Assembly: GCA_963776245.1 (NCBI GenBank)
Contig: CAVZLN010000006.1
Span: forward strand, 672,001 to 736,000
Length of the DNA: 64,000 nucleotides
DNA from: Candidatus Eiseniibacteriota bacterium
GTDB lineage: Bacteria; Eisenbacteria; RBG-16-71-46
Direction: 5' to 3'
Shown here: piece after piece, positions 28,852 to 41,816 of the stretch
Numbering within the stretch: the stretch's first letter is position 1
Layout: every line of letters starts with the position of its first letter
Made by a program: the position numbers and the translations under genes
The notes under the pieces: model-generated
Databases searched by the model: none
Told to the model about the DNA's origin: nothing
What the model saw: only the letters and a program-made list of their open reading frames with translations

Positions 28852-30423
28852 ATGGCGTCCAGCCCTCGGAGCACGGCCCCCACCCGTGGCCACGATCGCC
28901 TGCTGCGCACGTTGTCCCGGCGCGGACTCGCGAACTGGGGCATGAGCACGATCCTGCTGCTCGGCCTCGGCCTCGCCGTGGGCATGCTCTACCTCACGGA
29001 GCTGAATGTCTCGGCCGACACGTTCCCGACCCCCGAGACGCGCCCGTGGCTGCTCGCCGGGCTCTCCGCGTTCCTCCTGATGTTCTCCTTCTACGCCCTC
29101 GTCCAGCAGCGTCGCGTGGCCTCGCTCGCGCGCACCTTGCTCGAGGAGCACGTGCGCGCGAGCACGCTCGACACCCGGCTGTCGGAGATCAGCGCGCTGT
29201 TCGACGTCGCGGCGCGGCTCCACCTGCAGCTCGAACTCGAACCGGTGCTCGAGACCATCACGCATCGGCTGTTGCCCTGCCTCGATGCCGACGAGGCCTC
29301 GATCATGCTGCTCGACGAGAGCGGTCAGGAGCTGCGCTGTCTCGCGGTCTCGGGCGCCGACGGCAACCTGGTGCGCCAGGCGAGCGTGCGGGTCGGCGAA
29401 GGCATCGCCGGCCGGGTGGTGGAGTCGCAGGTCGCGACCCTCATCCACGCGGAGGACATCGCGGAGCGATTCCCGGGCGAGGAGAAGGTGTGGCGTGGCA
29501 TCGGCTCGGCCGTGTGCGTGCCGTTGCTGCTCCCCGACCGGGTGGTCGGTGTGCTCAACGTGACGCGGCTCGAGGGCCGGCCGGCGTTCACCGAAGACGA
29601 CGCGCGGCTGCTCATGCCGTTCGCCGACCACCTCGCCATCACCGTGCGCCGCATCGGCGAGTTCGCGGCGCTCGACCGCCGGGCGTCGACCTTCGAGCGC
29701 ATGCACCTGCTGAAGCGCGAGTTCCTGTGCGCGCTCAATCACGAACTGCGCAACCCGCTCGCCTCGGTGATGGGCTACGCCGAGCTGCTGCGTGAGGAGA
29801 CCGGCACGCTCGGCGAGCGCCGCTCGTTCGCCGCGGCGCTCGGGGAGCAGGCGGGGCGCCTGCTGGAGAGCGTGGACGACCTGCACGGGCTGTACTCGCT
29901 CGAGGCCAGCGAGGTGACCTTCGAGAGCGTGCCCGGATCGCTCAACCAGCTGGTGCACGACAGCGTGGTGGGAATGACCGGGCGCGCCGCGCGCAAGGCG
30001 ATCGTGCTCACGGTCACGCTCCATCCGGCGCTGCCACCGGTGTGGATGGACCACGCCAAGCTCCACTCCGCGATCCGTCATCTGATCGCCGGCGCCGTGC
30101 GCGTGAGCGCGCGGGGCGCCGCGCTCGAGGTGGAGACCCGGCTCGACCCGGGCGTGGACGGCGGCGAGCGGGTCACGCTCGGGATCCGCGCGACCGGGGA
30201 CCCGGGCGCGGGGTTCAACGCGGCCGACCTCGAGCCCGGCGCCGCTGCCGGTGCCGGTGGTCCACGGCACACCGACGCGCTCGGCTGGGGCGTGCTGATG
30301 ATGCGCGAGCTGGTCGAGCTCCACGGCGGCACGCTGCGCAGCGAGCGCGCGCCCGACGGCGGGATCGCGCTGGCGCTCTCCCTCCCGGTGCGCGCGAGCG
30401 CGGGTGAGGCGAAGGCGGCCTAG
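28852..30423 (+). CDS. Membrane-anchored GAF + HisKA sensor with degenerate HATPase domain
   Basis: Two TM helices; GAF (ASIMLLD...VGEGIAGRV...SAVCVPL); H-box LNHELRNPL; N/G boxes altered. Confidence 0.85.
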   Translation: MASSPRSTAPTRGHDRLLRTLSRRGLANWGMSTILLLGLGLAVGMLYLTELNVSADTFPTPETRPWLLAGLSAFLLMFSFYALVQQRRVASLARTLLEEHVRASTLDTRLSEISALFDVAARLHLQLELEPVLETITHRLLPCLDADEASIMLLDESGQELRCLAVSGADGNLVRQASVRVGEGIAGRVVESQVATLIHAEDIAERFPGEEKVWRGIGSAVCVPLLLPDRVVGVLNVTRLEGRPAFTEDDARLLMPFADHLAITVRRIGEFAALDRRASTFERMHLLKREFLCALNHELRNPLASVMGYAELLREETGTLGERRSFAAALGEQAGRLLESVDDLHGLYSLEASEVTFESVPGSLNQLVHDSVVGMTGRAARKAIVLTVTLHPALPPVWMDHAKLHSAIRHLIAGAVRVSARGAALEVETRLDPGVDGGERVTLGIRATGDPGAGFNAADLEPGAAAGAGGPRHTDALGWGVLMMRELVELHGGTLRSERAPDGGIALALSLPVRASAGEAKAA

Positions 30424-31290
30424 CTACACCACCAGCGCGGCGTCGAGCCAGCCGATCACGTCCCGCACCACCTCGGCGCGGCCGTGATCGTTGAACAGCT
30501 CGTGGTAGGCATCCTTGTAGGTGATGAGCCGCACCATCCCGTGCGGCGCCGCGCCGCTGAACTCGAGCGAGCCCTTGGGGTCGGTCACGCGGTCGGCCGC
30601 CCCGTGGAGCAGCAGCGCCGGCACCGCCAGGCGCCGCGCGTCCCGCATCACCCGCTGGCGCGCCTCGTTGAACCCGAAGTAGAGCCGCGGACTGATGCGG
30701 TCGTGGACCAGCGGGTCGCGCTTGCGGCCGGCCAGCACCTCGGTGTCGCGCGACATGCCGCTCTCGTCGAGCCCGTGAGGGAAGCCGGTCGAGGGCTGGG
30801 CGACGCGCGCCACGTTGGCGAGCGCCAGTCTCCACCACGGCGGGATGGCGCTGCGCAGGCCCGGCGCGGAAGCCACCACCGCGGCCAGTTCCCGCGGCTG
30901 GCGGATCGCGTAGTCGAGCGCGAGCACCGCACCCATGCTGTGGCCGAGCAGGATCTGCGGCATCAGGGAGGGGTGGCCCGGCAGCCCGCGGGAGGCGGTG
31001 AACATCGCGGGCACCACGGTGTCCCGCAGCAGGGTCCATGACGGCACGTCCCCGCGCGGTCCCGGCCCCTCGCCGTGCCCCGGCAGGTCGAGCACCACGA
31101 CCGACAGGCGCGCGCGCACCAGGTCCTCGGCGAGCGCCGCGTAGCGGCCGCCGTGCTCGCCCAGCCCATGACACACGGCCACCATCGCGCGCGGGCTCTC
31201 GGCGGCCCACACCCGGCCGGGCAGCGTCAGCCCGCGGTCGACACGCACGTCGATGCGGGTGGGCGTCAGGCTGGACTGGGACGGATTCAC
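30424..31290 (-). CDS. Alpha/beta hydrolase (lysophospholipase/monoacylglycerol lipase-like)
   Basis: CHGLGEHGGRY, DLPGHG, GHSMGA, LHGAADRV, YHELFND; GTG start overlaps the upstream stop. Confidence 0.92.
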   Translation of the reverse strand: MNPSQSSLTPTRIDVRVDRGLTLPGRVWAAESPRAMVAVCHGLGEHGGRYAALAEDLVRARLSVVVLDLPGHGEGPGPRGDVPSWTLLRDTVVPAMFTASRGLPGHPSLMPQILLGHSMGAVLALDYAIRQPRELAAVVASAPGLRSAIPPWWRLALANVARVAQPSTGFPHGLDESGMSRDTEVLAGRKRDPLVHDRISPRLYFGFNEARQRVMRDARRLAVPALLLHGAADRVTDPKGSLEFSGAAPHGMVRLITYKDAYHELFNDHGRAEVVRDVIGWLDAALVV

Positions 31291-31751
31291 GGTGCGGGGG
31301 TCTCCCCCGGGCCGGGGCTCGCCTCGCCATCGGGACCGTCGTCGCCGGAGCCGCCCTCGCCGCCGTTCTGGGCCATGAACACCAGGTCGGTCGAGGCGTA
31401 CGTGGTGCCGGTGTTCTTGACCAGGCGGACCACCTGCTCGATCAGGCCCGCGAAGTCGTCGGGCGCGAGGGTGGCGAGCGGATGCACCGCCACCGACCAC
31501 ACCTCCATGCCGCGCAGGGCATAGCGGGCATCGAGCGCGCGGTCGTAGTTGGCCTCGAGCAGCACCTGCAGCACCTGGGGCTCGAGCTCCCGCAGCTCGC
31601 CCACCGGCGACATCACGCGCATGCGATCGTGGGTGTCGTCGCTGAAGACGTAGACCGGGACCTCGTCGCGAAGCCCGCGCCAGAAGCCGGGCTGGCCTTC
31701 CATGTCGCCGAGATACGCGTCCAGGATCTTGCCGATGGCGGTGGTGGTCAT
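31287..31751 (-). CDS. Hypothetical protein, YbjN/T3SS-chaperone-like fold suspected
   Basis: HDRMRVMSPV...LLEANYDRALDARYAL...HPLATL...GTTYAST. Confidence 0.6.
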   Translation of the reverse strand: MTTTAIGKILDAYLGDMEGQPGFWRGLRDEVPVYVFSDDTHDRMRVMSPVGELRELEPQVLQVLLEANYDRALDARYALRGMEVWSVAVHPLATLAPDDFAGLIEQVVRLVKNTGTTYASTDLVFMAQNGGEGGSGDDGPDGEASPGPGETPAP

Positions 31752-31899
31752 GAGCGCACGCATCTTCGCGCATGCCGGCCCGGGATGCACGCACTTTCCT
31801 CGGCGCGCGCGCCGCGGTAGGCTCGCGCGGCACGCTGCGCGCCCCTCCTGTCGTGTCCGGCGCCGCGCCGGCGCACGCGCGACCCTTCCGAGGACCTGC

Positions 31900-33276
31900 A
31901 TGCCGATCGAGACGCCTGACGACGCGAAGCGCCCCGGACGGATCATCATGCCCGGGGCCGAGGGCGCGCCCACGCCGGGCTCCCGCATCGTGCTGCCCCC
32001 CGGAGCGCGGCTGGACGAGCCCGACGAGCTGCCCGAGTTCCCGCGCCTGCGCCCGCTCCTGCTGGCGGTGGCGCGCGATGGCGAGCGCGAGGTGATCGTG
32101 GTGAACGACCCGCTCGGCGTGATGCCCGCTCCCGCCGCGCTCGCGTTCGAGTCGCTCGGCCTGCTCCAGCTGCTCGACGGGCGGGTTTCGATCAACGATC
32201 TCACCGCCGCGGTGATGCGCGAGAGCAAGGACCTGCGCGTCGGCAGCATGGTCAAGGACTTCATCGCCCAGCTCGACCGCCTGCTGATGCTCGACACGCC
32301 GCGCTTCGAAGCGGCGTACCGGACGGTGCGCGACGACTACCACGCGCTCGAGGTGCGCCAGGCGATGTTCGAGGGCGTGTCCTACCCGGCGGATGCCGCC
32401 GAGTGCGCGCGGGTGATCGACGCGGACTTCGCCGCCGCCGAGGCGTCGCGCGCCGCGTCCGGTGCCCCCGCGCCCGCCGCGGACGCTCTCCCGCGCGCGG
32501 TGCTGGCGCCGCACCTCGACCCGCGTCGCGCCGGCACCACCATCGCGCGCGCGCTGATCGAGATCGGGCGCGCGCCGCGCGGGCCGCTGCGGGTGGTGGT
32601 GTTCGGCACCGGGCACCAGCTCTTCGGCGACGCGTACGCGCTCACCCGCAAGCGCTACGAGACCCCGCTCGGGATGGTGGAGTGCGACACGGCGTTCGTG
32701 GACGCGCTCGCCGCGCGGCTCGGGGACACGGCCTACCACGGCGAACTGGCTCACCGCGACGAGCACTCGATCGAGTTCGCGGCGGTCTACCTGCGGCGCC
32801 ACCTCGCCGACCGGCCGTTCTCCATGGTGCCGATCGTGTGCGGCGGGTTCCACGACCTGATCGAGGACGGGCGCACCCCGCGCGAGGACGCGGCGTTCGA
32901 GGCGTTCGTGCGGGCGGTGCGCGAGACCTCGGCGGAGCAGGGCGGCGACACCGTGTACCTCGCCGCGGTGGATTTCTCGCACGTCGGCCCGCGCTTCGGC
33001 GACGCCGCGGTGGACGAACGCGTGAAGGCCGAGGTCGAGGAAGTGGACCGCGCGGCGCTGGCGGCCGCCGCCGCGGGCGATGCCGACGCGTGGTTCACGG
33101 CGATCGCCGAGCAGCAGGACGTCACGCGCATCTGCGGGCTGGCGCCCACCTACGCCCTGCTGCGGTGCGCCGAGCCGGGCGCCGGCCGCGTGCTGCACTA
33201 CGAACAGGCCGCCGAGCCCGACAGCACGGTGGTGAGCGTGGCGGCGATGGTGTGGCCGGGCGCGCGGCACGGGTGA
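31900..33276 (+). CDS. MEMO1-family (AmmeMemoRadiSam system protein B-like) with N-terminal extension
   Basis: GVSYP, APHLD, GTGH, YETPLG, HRDEHSIEF, VDFSHVGPRFGD, ICGLAPTY. Confidence 0.88.
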   Translation: MPIETPDDAKRPGRIIMPGAEGAPTPGSRIVLPPGARLDEPDELPEFPRLRPLLLAVARDGEREVIVVNDPLGVMPAPAALAFESLGLLQLLDGRVSINDLTAAVMRESKDLRVGSMVKDFIAQLDRLLMLDTPRFEAAYRTVRDDYHALEVRQAMFEGVSYPADAAECARVIDADFAAAEASRAASGAPAPAADALPRAVLAPHLDPRRAGTTIARALIEIGRAPRGPLRVVVFGTGHQLFGDAYALTRKRYETPLGMVECDTAFVDALAARLGDTAYHGELAHRDEHSIEFAAVYLRRHLADRPFSMVPIVCGGFHDLIEDGRTPREDAAFEAFVRAVRETSAEQGGDTVYLAAVDFSHVGPRFGDAAVDERVKAEVEEVDRAALAAAAAGDADAWFTAIAEQQDVTRICGLAPTYALLRCAEPGAGRVLHYEQAAEPDSTVVSVAAMVWPGARHG

Positions 33277-33313
33277 TCGCCGCGCACGCGGATCGCGCCG
33301 TCCGCGACCGCGG

Positions 33314-33763
33314 TCAGGCCACCGGGTGCCTCAGGAAGTAGCCGTCGGCCTTCACCCGCAGCTGGAGCACGATCCATTCGAGCTGCTGGCTCAGCTCGGC
33401 GGCGCTGGTGCCGGCCGGCCACCAGCGGTCCTCCTCGTTCAGCAGCTCGCCGAGCCGCACGCGGTAGCCGCGCGCGCGGGTGCACAGGGTCTCGTCGCCG
33501 CCCTCGGTGCGCAGCGGGAGCGCGGCGAGATCCTGGCGGGCGACCGAGATGCCCGCCTCGCCGGTGACCCAGCCGAGGTGCCGGCGCAGCCCGAGGTACA
33601 CGTTCGAGCCGTCGCCGCGATGCCAGCGGACCCACACCAGGTTGGGCTTGCTGCCCCACGCGGCCGAGGACTGGGTGGCCTCGGGCACGTGCTTCTCGAG
33701 CGCCGCCCGGGCGACGTTCGAGAACGAGCCGGCCTTGAGCGCGGTGGCCTTCGAGTGGGGCAT
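33314..33763 (-). CDS. Hypothetical protein
   Basis: RBS ggagg before ATG; typical codon usage; no motif recognised. Confidence 0.6.
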   Translation of the reverse strand: MPHSKATALKAGSFSNVARAALEKHVPEATQSSAAWGSKPNLVWVRWHRGDGSNVYLGLRRHLGWVTGEAGISVARQDLAALPLRTEGGDETLCTRARGYRVRLGELLNEEDRWWPAGTSAAELSQQLEWIVLQLRVKADGYFLRHPVA

Positions 33764-33864
33764 CAGTCCTCCCGGGGACGAGTGGCGAACAAAGCGGATC
33801 CTCGCGCGCGCCGCTGTCGCCGCGGCGGTTGCGTGCCGTGGCGCGCGGGTCTTACCCTGCGTGC

Positions 33865-36296
<2,432 letters not shown>

Positions 36297-36305
36297 GGCC
36301 CCACC

Positions 36306-38205
36306 ATGCGCTCCAACGCCGAGATCGCACAGGTGCTCTCCACGCTCGCCACCATGCTCGAGATCGAGGGCGCGAACCCGTTCCGCGTGCGCGCCTACCG
36401 CGAGGGAGCGCGGGTGGTGGAGGCGAGCGGCGAGCCGATGGCGGCGCTGGCCGACGCCGAGGGTGCGCTCGAGGCGCTGCCCGGCATCGGCAAGGACCTG
36501 GCGCAGAAGATCCGCGACCTCGCGCGCACCGGCTCCACCGAGCTGTACGACGACCTGCGCAAGAAGATCCCGCTCGAGGTGGTGGGCTTCACCGAACTGC
36601 AGGGCCTCGGCCCCAAGCGGGTGAAGACGCTGTTCGAGACCCTCGGCATCCGCGACCGCGCGGCGCTGGCCCAAGCCGCCACGGAGGGCCGGCTGCGCGA
36701 CCTGCCCGGCTTCGGCGAGAAGGTCGAGCAGAACGTCCTCAAGGCGCTCGAGGTGGCGAGCCACGAGGCGGGCCGCCTGCTGCTCGCGAACGCGTGGGGC
36801 GTGGCGCACGCGCTCGCCGAACGCGTGGCGCGCGTGCCGGGCGTGTCCCGGGTGGAACTGGCGGGCTCGTTCCGGCGCCGCCGCGAGACCGTGGGCGACC
36901 TCGACCTGCTGGTGTGCGGGGGCCGCGCCGAGGACGTGATGGAAGTCTTCACCGGGCACCCGGACGTGGCGGACGTGCTCGGGCGCGGCGACACCAAGTC
37001 GAGTGTGCGCCTGCGCAATGGCCTGCAGGTGGACCTGAGACTGGTGCCGGCCGAGTCCTTCGGGGCGGCGCTGCTCTACTTCACCGGCAGCAAGGCGCAC
37101 AACATCGAGCTGCGCCGGCTGGCGATCGACCAGGGCCTGAGCCTCAACGAGTACGGCCTCACCCGCGAGCGGGACGGCCACGTGGTGGCCGCGCGCACCG
37201 AGGAGGACGTGTACGGGGCACTCGGGCTGGCGTGGATCCCGCCCGAGTCGCGCGAGGCGTGGGGCGAGATCGCGCTGGCGCGCGAGGGCCGGCTGCCGCG
37301 GCTGATCGAGGAGCGCGACCTGGTCGCCGACCTGCACGTGCACAGCGACCGCAGCGACGGCCGCGACCCGCTCGAGGCGATGGTGCGCGCGGCGCGCGAC
37401 CGCGGATACGCGTACTGCGCCATCACCGAGCACTCGCAGTCGCTGGCGATGGCGCGCGGGTTCGACACCGCGCGGGTGCGGAAGTCGGTGGCCGAGATCG
37501 CCGCGGTGCGGCAGGCGGTGCCGGGCATCCGCGTGCTGCACGGGCTCGAGGTGGACATCCTCGCCGCGGGCGCGCTCGACCTCGACGACGAAGGACTGGC
37601 GCTGCTCGACTGGGTGATCGTCTCGCTCCACTCGCGCCTCGATCAGCCCGCGGAGGTCGCGACGGCGCGCGTGCTGCGAGGCGCTCGACCACCCGCGGGT
37701 GTACGCGATGGGACATCCGACCGGGCGCCTCATCGGCACGCGCCCCGGTTCGCCGTTCGACGTCGAGCGCGTGTTCGAGCGCGCCGCCGAACGCGGCGTG
37801 GCGATGGAGATCAACGCCCAGCCCGACCGGCTCGACCTCACCGACGTGCACGCGCGGCTGGCGAAGGCCAAGGGGGTGCGCTTCGTGATCGACACCGACG
37901 CGCACTCCATCGCGCAGCTCGAGAACCTCCGCTTCGGCGTGTTCCAGGCCCGCCGCGCCGGGCTCACGGCGGACGACGTGCTCAACACGCTCCCGTACGG
38001 GCGTTTCGCCGAGTGGCTCGAGCGTCCGCGCGCGGCCGCGACACGCGCGCCGCAGGCGACCACGGCCGAGGCGCCAGCCGTCCCCAAGCGAGCAACCGCC
38101 GCCAGACCGCGCGCGCCCAGGGCGACCGCCGCTGAAGGGCCGGCCGCTCCCGCTCGACCTCCGGCCGCGAAACCGCGCGCGCCGAAGAAGCCGAGGGCGC
38201 GTTGA
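36306..38205 (+). CDS. polX: DNA polymerase X with PHP domain and basic Ala/Pro-rich tail; frameshift near 37679
   Basis: NPFRVRAY, AGSFRR...VGDLDLL, YFTGSKAHN, LNEYGL, DLHVHS, ITEHS, GHPTGR, EINAQPDRLDL, TDAH. Confidence 0.93.
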
Positions 38206-38699
38206 CCCGCCCGTCGCGTCCACCCGGCCCGCGCATGCGCACCCGCCTTGCCAGCGTCGTGGTGTTCGGCGCGGCGATGGGCTGGCTCGAGGCGGTGGTG
38301 GTGGTGTACATCCGCGCGCTGCTCGGCATGCCGCATGGCGGGGCGACACCGCCGCCCGACGCCTGGATGAGCGCGCTGCGCTCGGTGCCGTGGCTGCTCC
38401 CCACCGAGCAGGGCCGCGAGGCGGCGACGCTGGTGATGCTGGCGGCGGTCGGCGGGCTCGCCGCGCGCACGCTGCGGGCCCGCTTCGGCGCGTTCCTGGT
38501 GGCGTTCGGCGTGTGGGACATCACCTACTACATCGCGCTGCGGGCGCTGGTGGGCTGGCCCGCGTCCCTCGCCACCCGGGACCTGTTGTTCCTCATCCCG
38601 CCTCACCCCTGGTGGGTGCAGCCGGTGTGGGTGCCGGTGGCCATCTCCTGCGCCATGATCGCGGGCGGAACCGCGCTGATGGCGCGCCCGTCGCGCTGA
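38202..38699 (+). CDS. Membrane protein
   Basis: AMGWLEAVVVVYIR, EQGREAATLVML, FGVWDITYY, DLLFLIP...PVWVP; start could be 38235. Confidence 0.75.
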   Translation: MTRPSRPPGPRMRTRLASVVVFGAAMGWLEAVVVVYIRALLGMPHGGATPPPDAWMSALRSVPWLLPTEQGREAATLVMLAAVGGLAARTLRARFGAFLVAFGVWDITYYIALRALVGWPASLATRDLLFLIPPHPWWVQPVWVPVAISCAMIAGGTALMARPSR

Positions 38700-38812
38700 A
38701 CGCGGGCGCTGCCGCCCCACCCGGGCGCGCTAAACCCGCCGTCGCCACCTGCCGATACCCTCAGCAAGAGGCCCCGATACCCTCACGCCCACCCGGCCCC
38801 TCCGGAGGAGCC

Positions 38813-39166
38813 ATGGCGGATCCCCAGTTCGACTTCCAGGTTCTCCGTGAAGTCACCGGCGACGATCCCGCGTTCGAGCGCGAGCTGCTCGAGGAGTACC
38901 TGCAGAACACCGCCGAGTTGCTCGAGCGCCAGCGGGTCGCCCTAGAGGCCCGGAACGCGAACGGGCTGGAGCGCTCCGCCCATTCCATGAAGGGCTCCTC
39001 GCTCACGCTGGGCGCCGGGAGCCTGGGGCAGTGCGCGGCGGAGATCGAGCAGTTCGCGCGCGCGCAGCAACTCGAGCGCTGCGTGGCGGTGCTCGACCGC
39101 GCGGTGCGCGAGTTCGGCGAACTGCGGCCGCTGCTCGAGGTCCATATGAAGCGTCTCGCGGCCTAG
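38813..39166 (+). CDS. Stand-alone Hpt (histidine phosphotransfer) protein
   Basis: RBS ggagg; SAHSMKGSSLTLGA motif. Confidence 0.9.
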   Translation: MADPQFDFQVLREVTGDDPAFERELLEEYLQNTAELLERQRVALEARNANGLERSAHSMKGSSLTLGAGSLGQCAAEIEQFARAQQLERCVAVLDRAVREFGELRPLLEVHMKRLAA

Positions 39167-39386
39167 CCGCGGACGCGACGCGCGCGACCGCGCGCAATCA
39201 CGCGACTGGCCGGCGGTCCCCCGCCGGCCTTCGCGCTTCCGGGCGCCCCACGCCTGCCCTTGATTCGCCCGCGGACCGGGCGCAGACTATGCGCATGTCC
39301 CGTTCCCCACGGGACCGAACGCCGATGCTCGGACCGGCCCTCTCGCCGAGGGCCCCGGATCCCGGGCCCGCTCCGGTGGAGGCCGC

Positions 39387-40022
39387 ATGCACCTCATGAC
39401 TCGCGCACTTTGCATCCTCGGTGTCCTCTCGGCAGTCGCCGCTCACGCGCAGGTCACCAGCGTTCCGAGCCCCTTCAATTCCACGGTGGGTGGATGCCTG
39501 GTGACGTCCCCGGACGGGACACTGCCCTTCACCGTCGTGGTCCGCGACCTCGCCAGCAACCCGGTCGTGGGCAGCATGGTGGTGATGGACTTCAGCCGCT
39601 GTCCGCTGGTCGCGCTCTGTCCCAACACGTGCGCCGGGTGCGTCACGGACCTGAGCGCGCGATCGGTGCGCAAGACCACGGACGCCGATGGGGCCGTCAC
39701 ATTCGACCTGCGCGCGGGGGGCGAATGCGGGGTGAACGACGTCTGGATCGTCGCGGACGGTATCCTGCTCGGCAAGCGCGGGTGCGCCTCGCTCGACATG
39801 ACCGGCGACCTGGCGGTGACCCAGGACGACGTGGCGGAGTACTCCGCCCGGTGGGACAGCCCCGACCAGGCGCTCGACCCCGGCATCGACTTCTTCTGCG
39901 CCGGTGGCGGCGGATCGCACGCCAGCATGGCGTTGCTCACGGCTCATCTCGGTTCGAACTGCGCCACCGTGGTGCCGGCACGGCTTCCCTCCTGGGGCGA
40001 GCTCAAGATCCGCTACCGATGA
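39387..40022 (+). CDS. Secreted Cys-rich protein with C-terminal SWGELKIRYR tail
   Basis: Signal peptide ending AAHA; VVVRDLASNPV Ig-like segment; DMTGDLAVTQDD loop; terminal WGxLKxxYR. Confidence 0.75.
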   Translation: MHLMTRALCILGVLSAVAAHAQVTSVPSPFNSTVGGCLVTSPDGTLPFTVVVRDLASNPVVGSMVVMDFSRCPLVALCPNTCAGCVTDLSARSVRKTTDADGAVTFDLRAGGECGVNDVWIVADGILLGKRGCASLDMTGDLAVTQDDVAEYSARWDSPDQALDPGIDFFCAGGGGSHASMALLTAHLGSNCATVVPARLPSWGELKIRYR

Positions 40023-40088
40023 ACCCGTCAGACATGCGATCGGCCCGGGGGCCTCACGGAGCCCGGGCCGTCGCGTGTCCGACGCGGA

Positions 40089-41695
40089 CTAGAGGATCTT
40101 CTCGGCGATGCTCTTGGCCTGCAGGAACAGCAGCAGGTAGTCGCGGCCGCCGGCCTTGGAGTCGGTGCCGCTCATGTTGAAGCCGCCGAACGGATGGACG
40201 CCCACCATCGCGCCGGTGCACTTGCGGTTGATGTACAGGTTGCCGACGTGGAACTCGCGCCGGGCGCGCTCGATCTTCGCCGGGTCCCGGGAGTAGCACC
40301 GCGCCGGTCAGCCCGTACTCGGTGCCGTTGGCGATCGCCAGCGCGTCGTCGAAGTCTCGCCGCCCTGATGACCGCGAGCACCGGGCCGAAGATCTCCTCC
40401 TGCGCGAGTCGCGCCGTTCGGCGGCGACGTCGGCGATGACGGTCGGCTGGACGAAGCAGCCGCTCGGGGCCCGCCACCGGGCCGCCGCCGTCGATCAGCG
40501 CGTCCCTCCTTCTTGCCCATCTCGATGTAGTCGAGGATGGTCTCGCGCGCCTTGGCGTTCACCACCGGGCCCATGTACACGCCGTGCTCGTCGGGCTCGC
40601 CCACGTTCACCAGCTTCTCCACCGCGGTCTTGCAGCCGGGCGACGAACTCGTCGTACACCTTCTCGTCCACGATGGCGCGCGAGCACGCCGAGCACTTCT
40701 GGCCGGAGAAGCCGAACGCCGCGAGCGTCACGCCCTGCGCGGCGGCGTCGAGGTCGGCGTCCTCGTCCACGACGATGCCGTCCTTGCCGCCCATCTCGGC
40801 GACCACGCGCTTGAGCCAGATCTGCCCCGGCTGCACCTCGGCGGCCAGCCGATTGATGCCGAGGCCGACCTCGCGTGAGCCGGTGAACGAGATGAAGCGC
40901 GTCTTCGGGTGGCGCACGAGGGAGTCGCCGACCGTGCCGCCCCCGCCGGTGAGGAAGTTGACCACGCCCGCGGGCAGCCCGACCTCCTCCATCAACTGCC
41001 AGAACGCCCACGCGATGCCGGGCGCGTCGCTCGACGGGCTTCAGCACCACGGTGTTGCCGGTGACGATCGCGGCGGTGGTCATGCCCACGCAGATCGCGA
41101 GCGGGAAGTTCCACGGCGGGATGACGACGCCCACGCCGATCGGGATGTAGACCACGCTGTCCTTCTCGCCCGGCATCTGCACGCACGGCTGCGGGCCGGC
41201 GTAGCGCAGCATCTCGCGGGCGTAGAACTCCATGAAGTCGATCGCCTCGGCGGTGTCGGCGTCGGCCTCGACCCAGCTCTTGCCCACCTCGAGCACCATC
41301 CAGGCCGAGAAGATGTGGCGGCGCTCGCGCATGCGCTTCGCGGCCTCGATCAGGTAGGCGGCGCGCTCGGTCGCGGGCACGCGGCTCCAGGTCGCGAACG
41401 TGGCGTGCGCGGTCTCGATCGCGCGGGTCGCCAGCTCCTGGGTGCCGAACTGGAACTTCCCGACGACCTCCGACGGCCGTGCCGGATTGAGCGAATCGAA
41501 GGTGGCGCCGCCGCTGACGCGCTCGCCGCCGATCACGATCGGATGGGTGCGGCCCAACTGCTTCCGCACCGTGGCGAGGGCCTGCTCGAAGGCCGCCTGG
41601 TGCTCGGGTCTCGAGAAGTCGATGTACGAGGTCGGCCGGTACTCGGGCAGCGACGTCAGGTCCACGGGCGCGATCCGCGCGGTGGTGGGATTCAT
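40089..41695 (-). CDS. pruA: L-glutamate gamma-semialdehyde (P5C) dehydrogenase; several frameshifts
   Basis: [66 protein letters not shown]; the C-terminus ends KSIAEKIL* at 40089. Confidence 0.9.
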
Positions 41696-41816
41696 GAGCG
41701 AACCTCCGGACGGGCGCACGGAGCGCCACGCGAGATGGTGAGGCGGGCAGACGACGCGCCGAGTCTAGCGCAGCCCGGTAGCCCCGGAAAGCGCGCGCGG
41801 TGCGTCCCCCGCGCGA

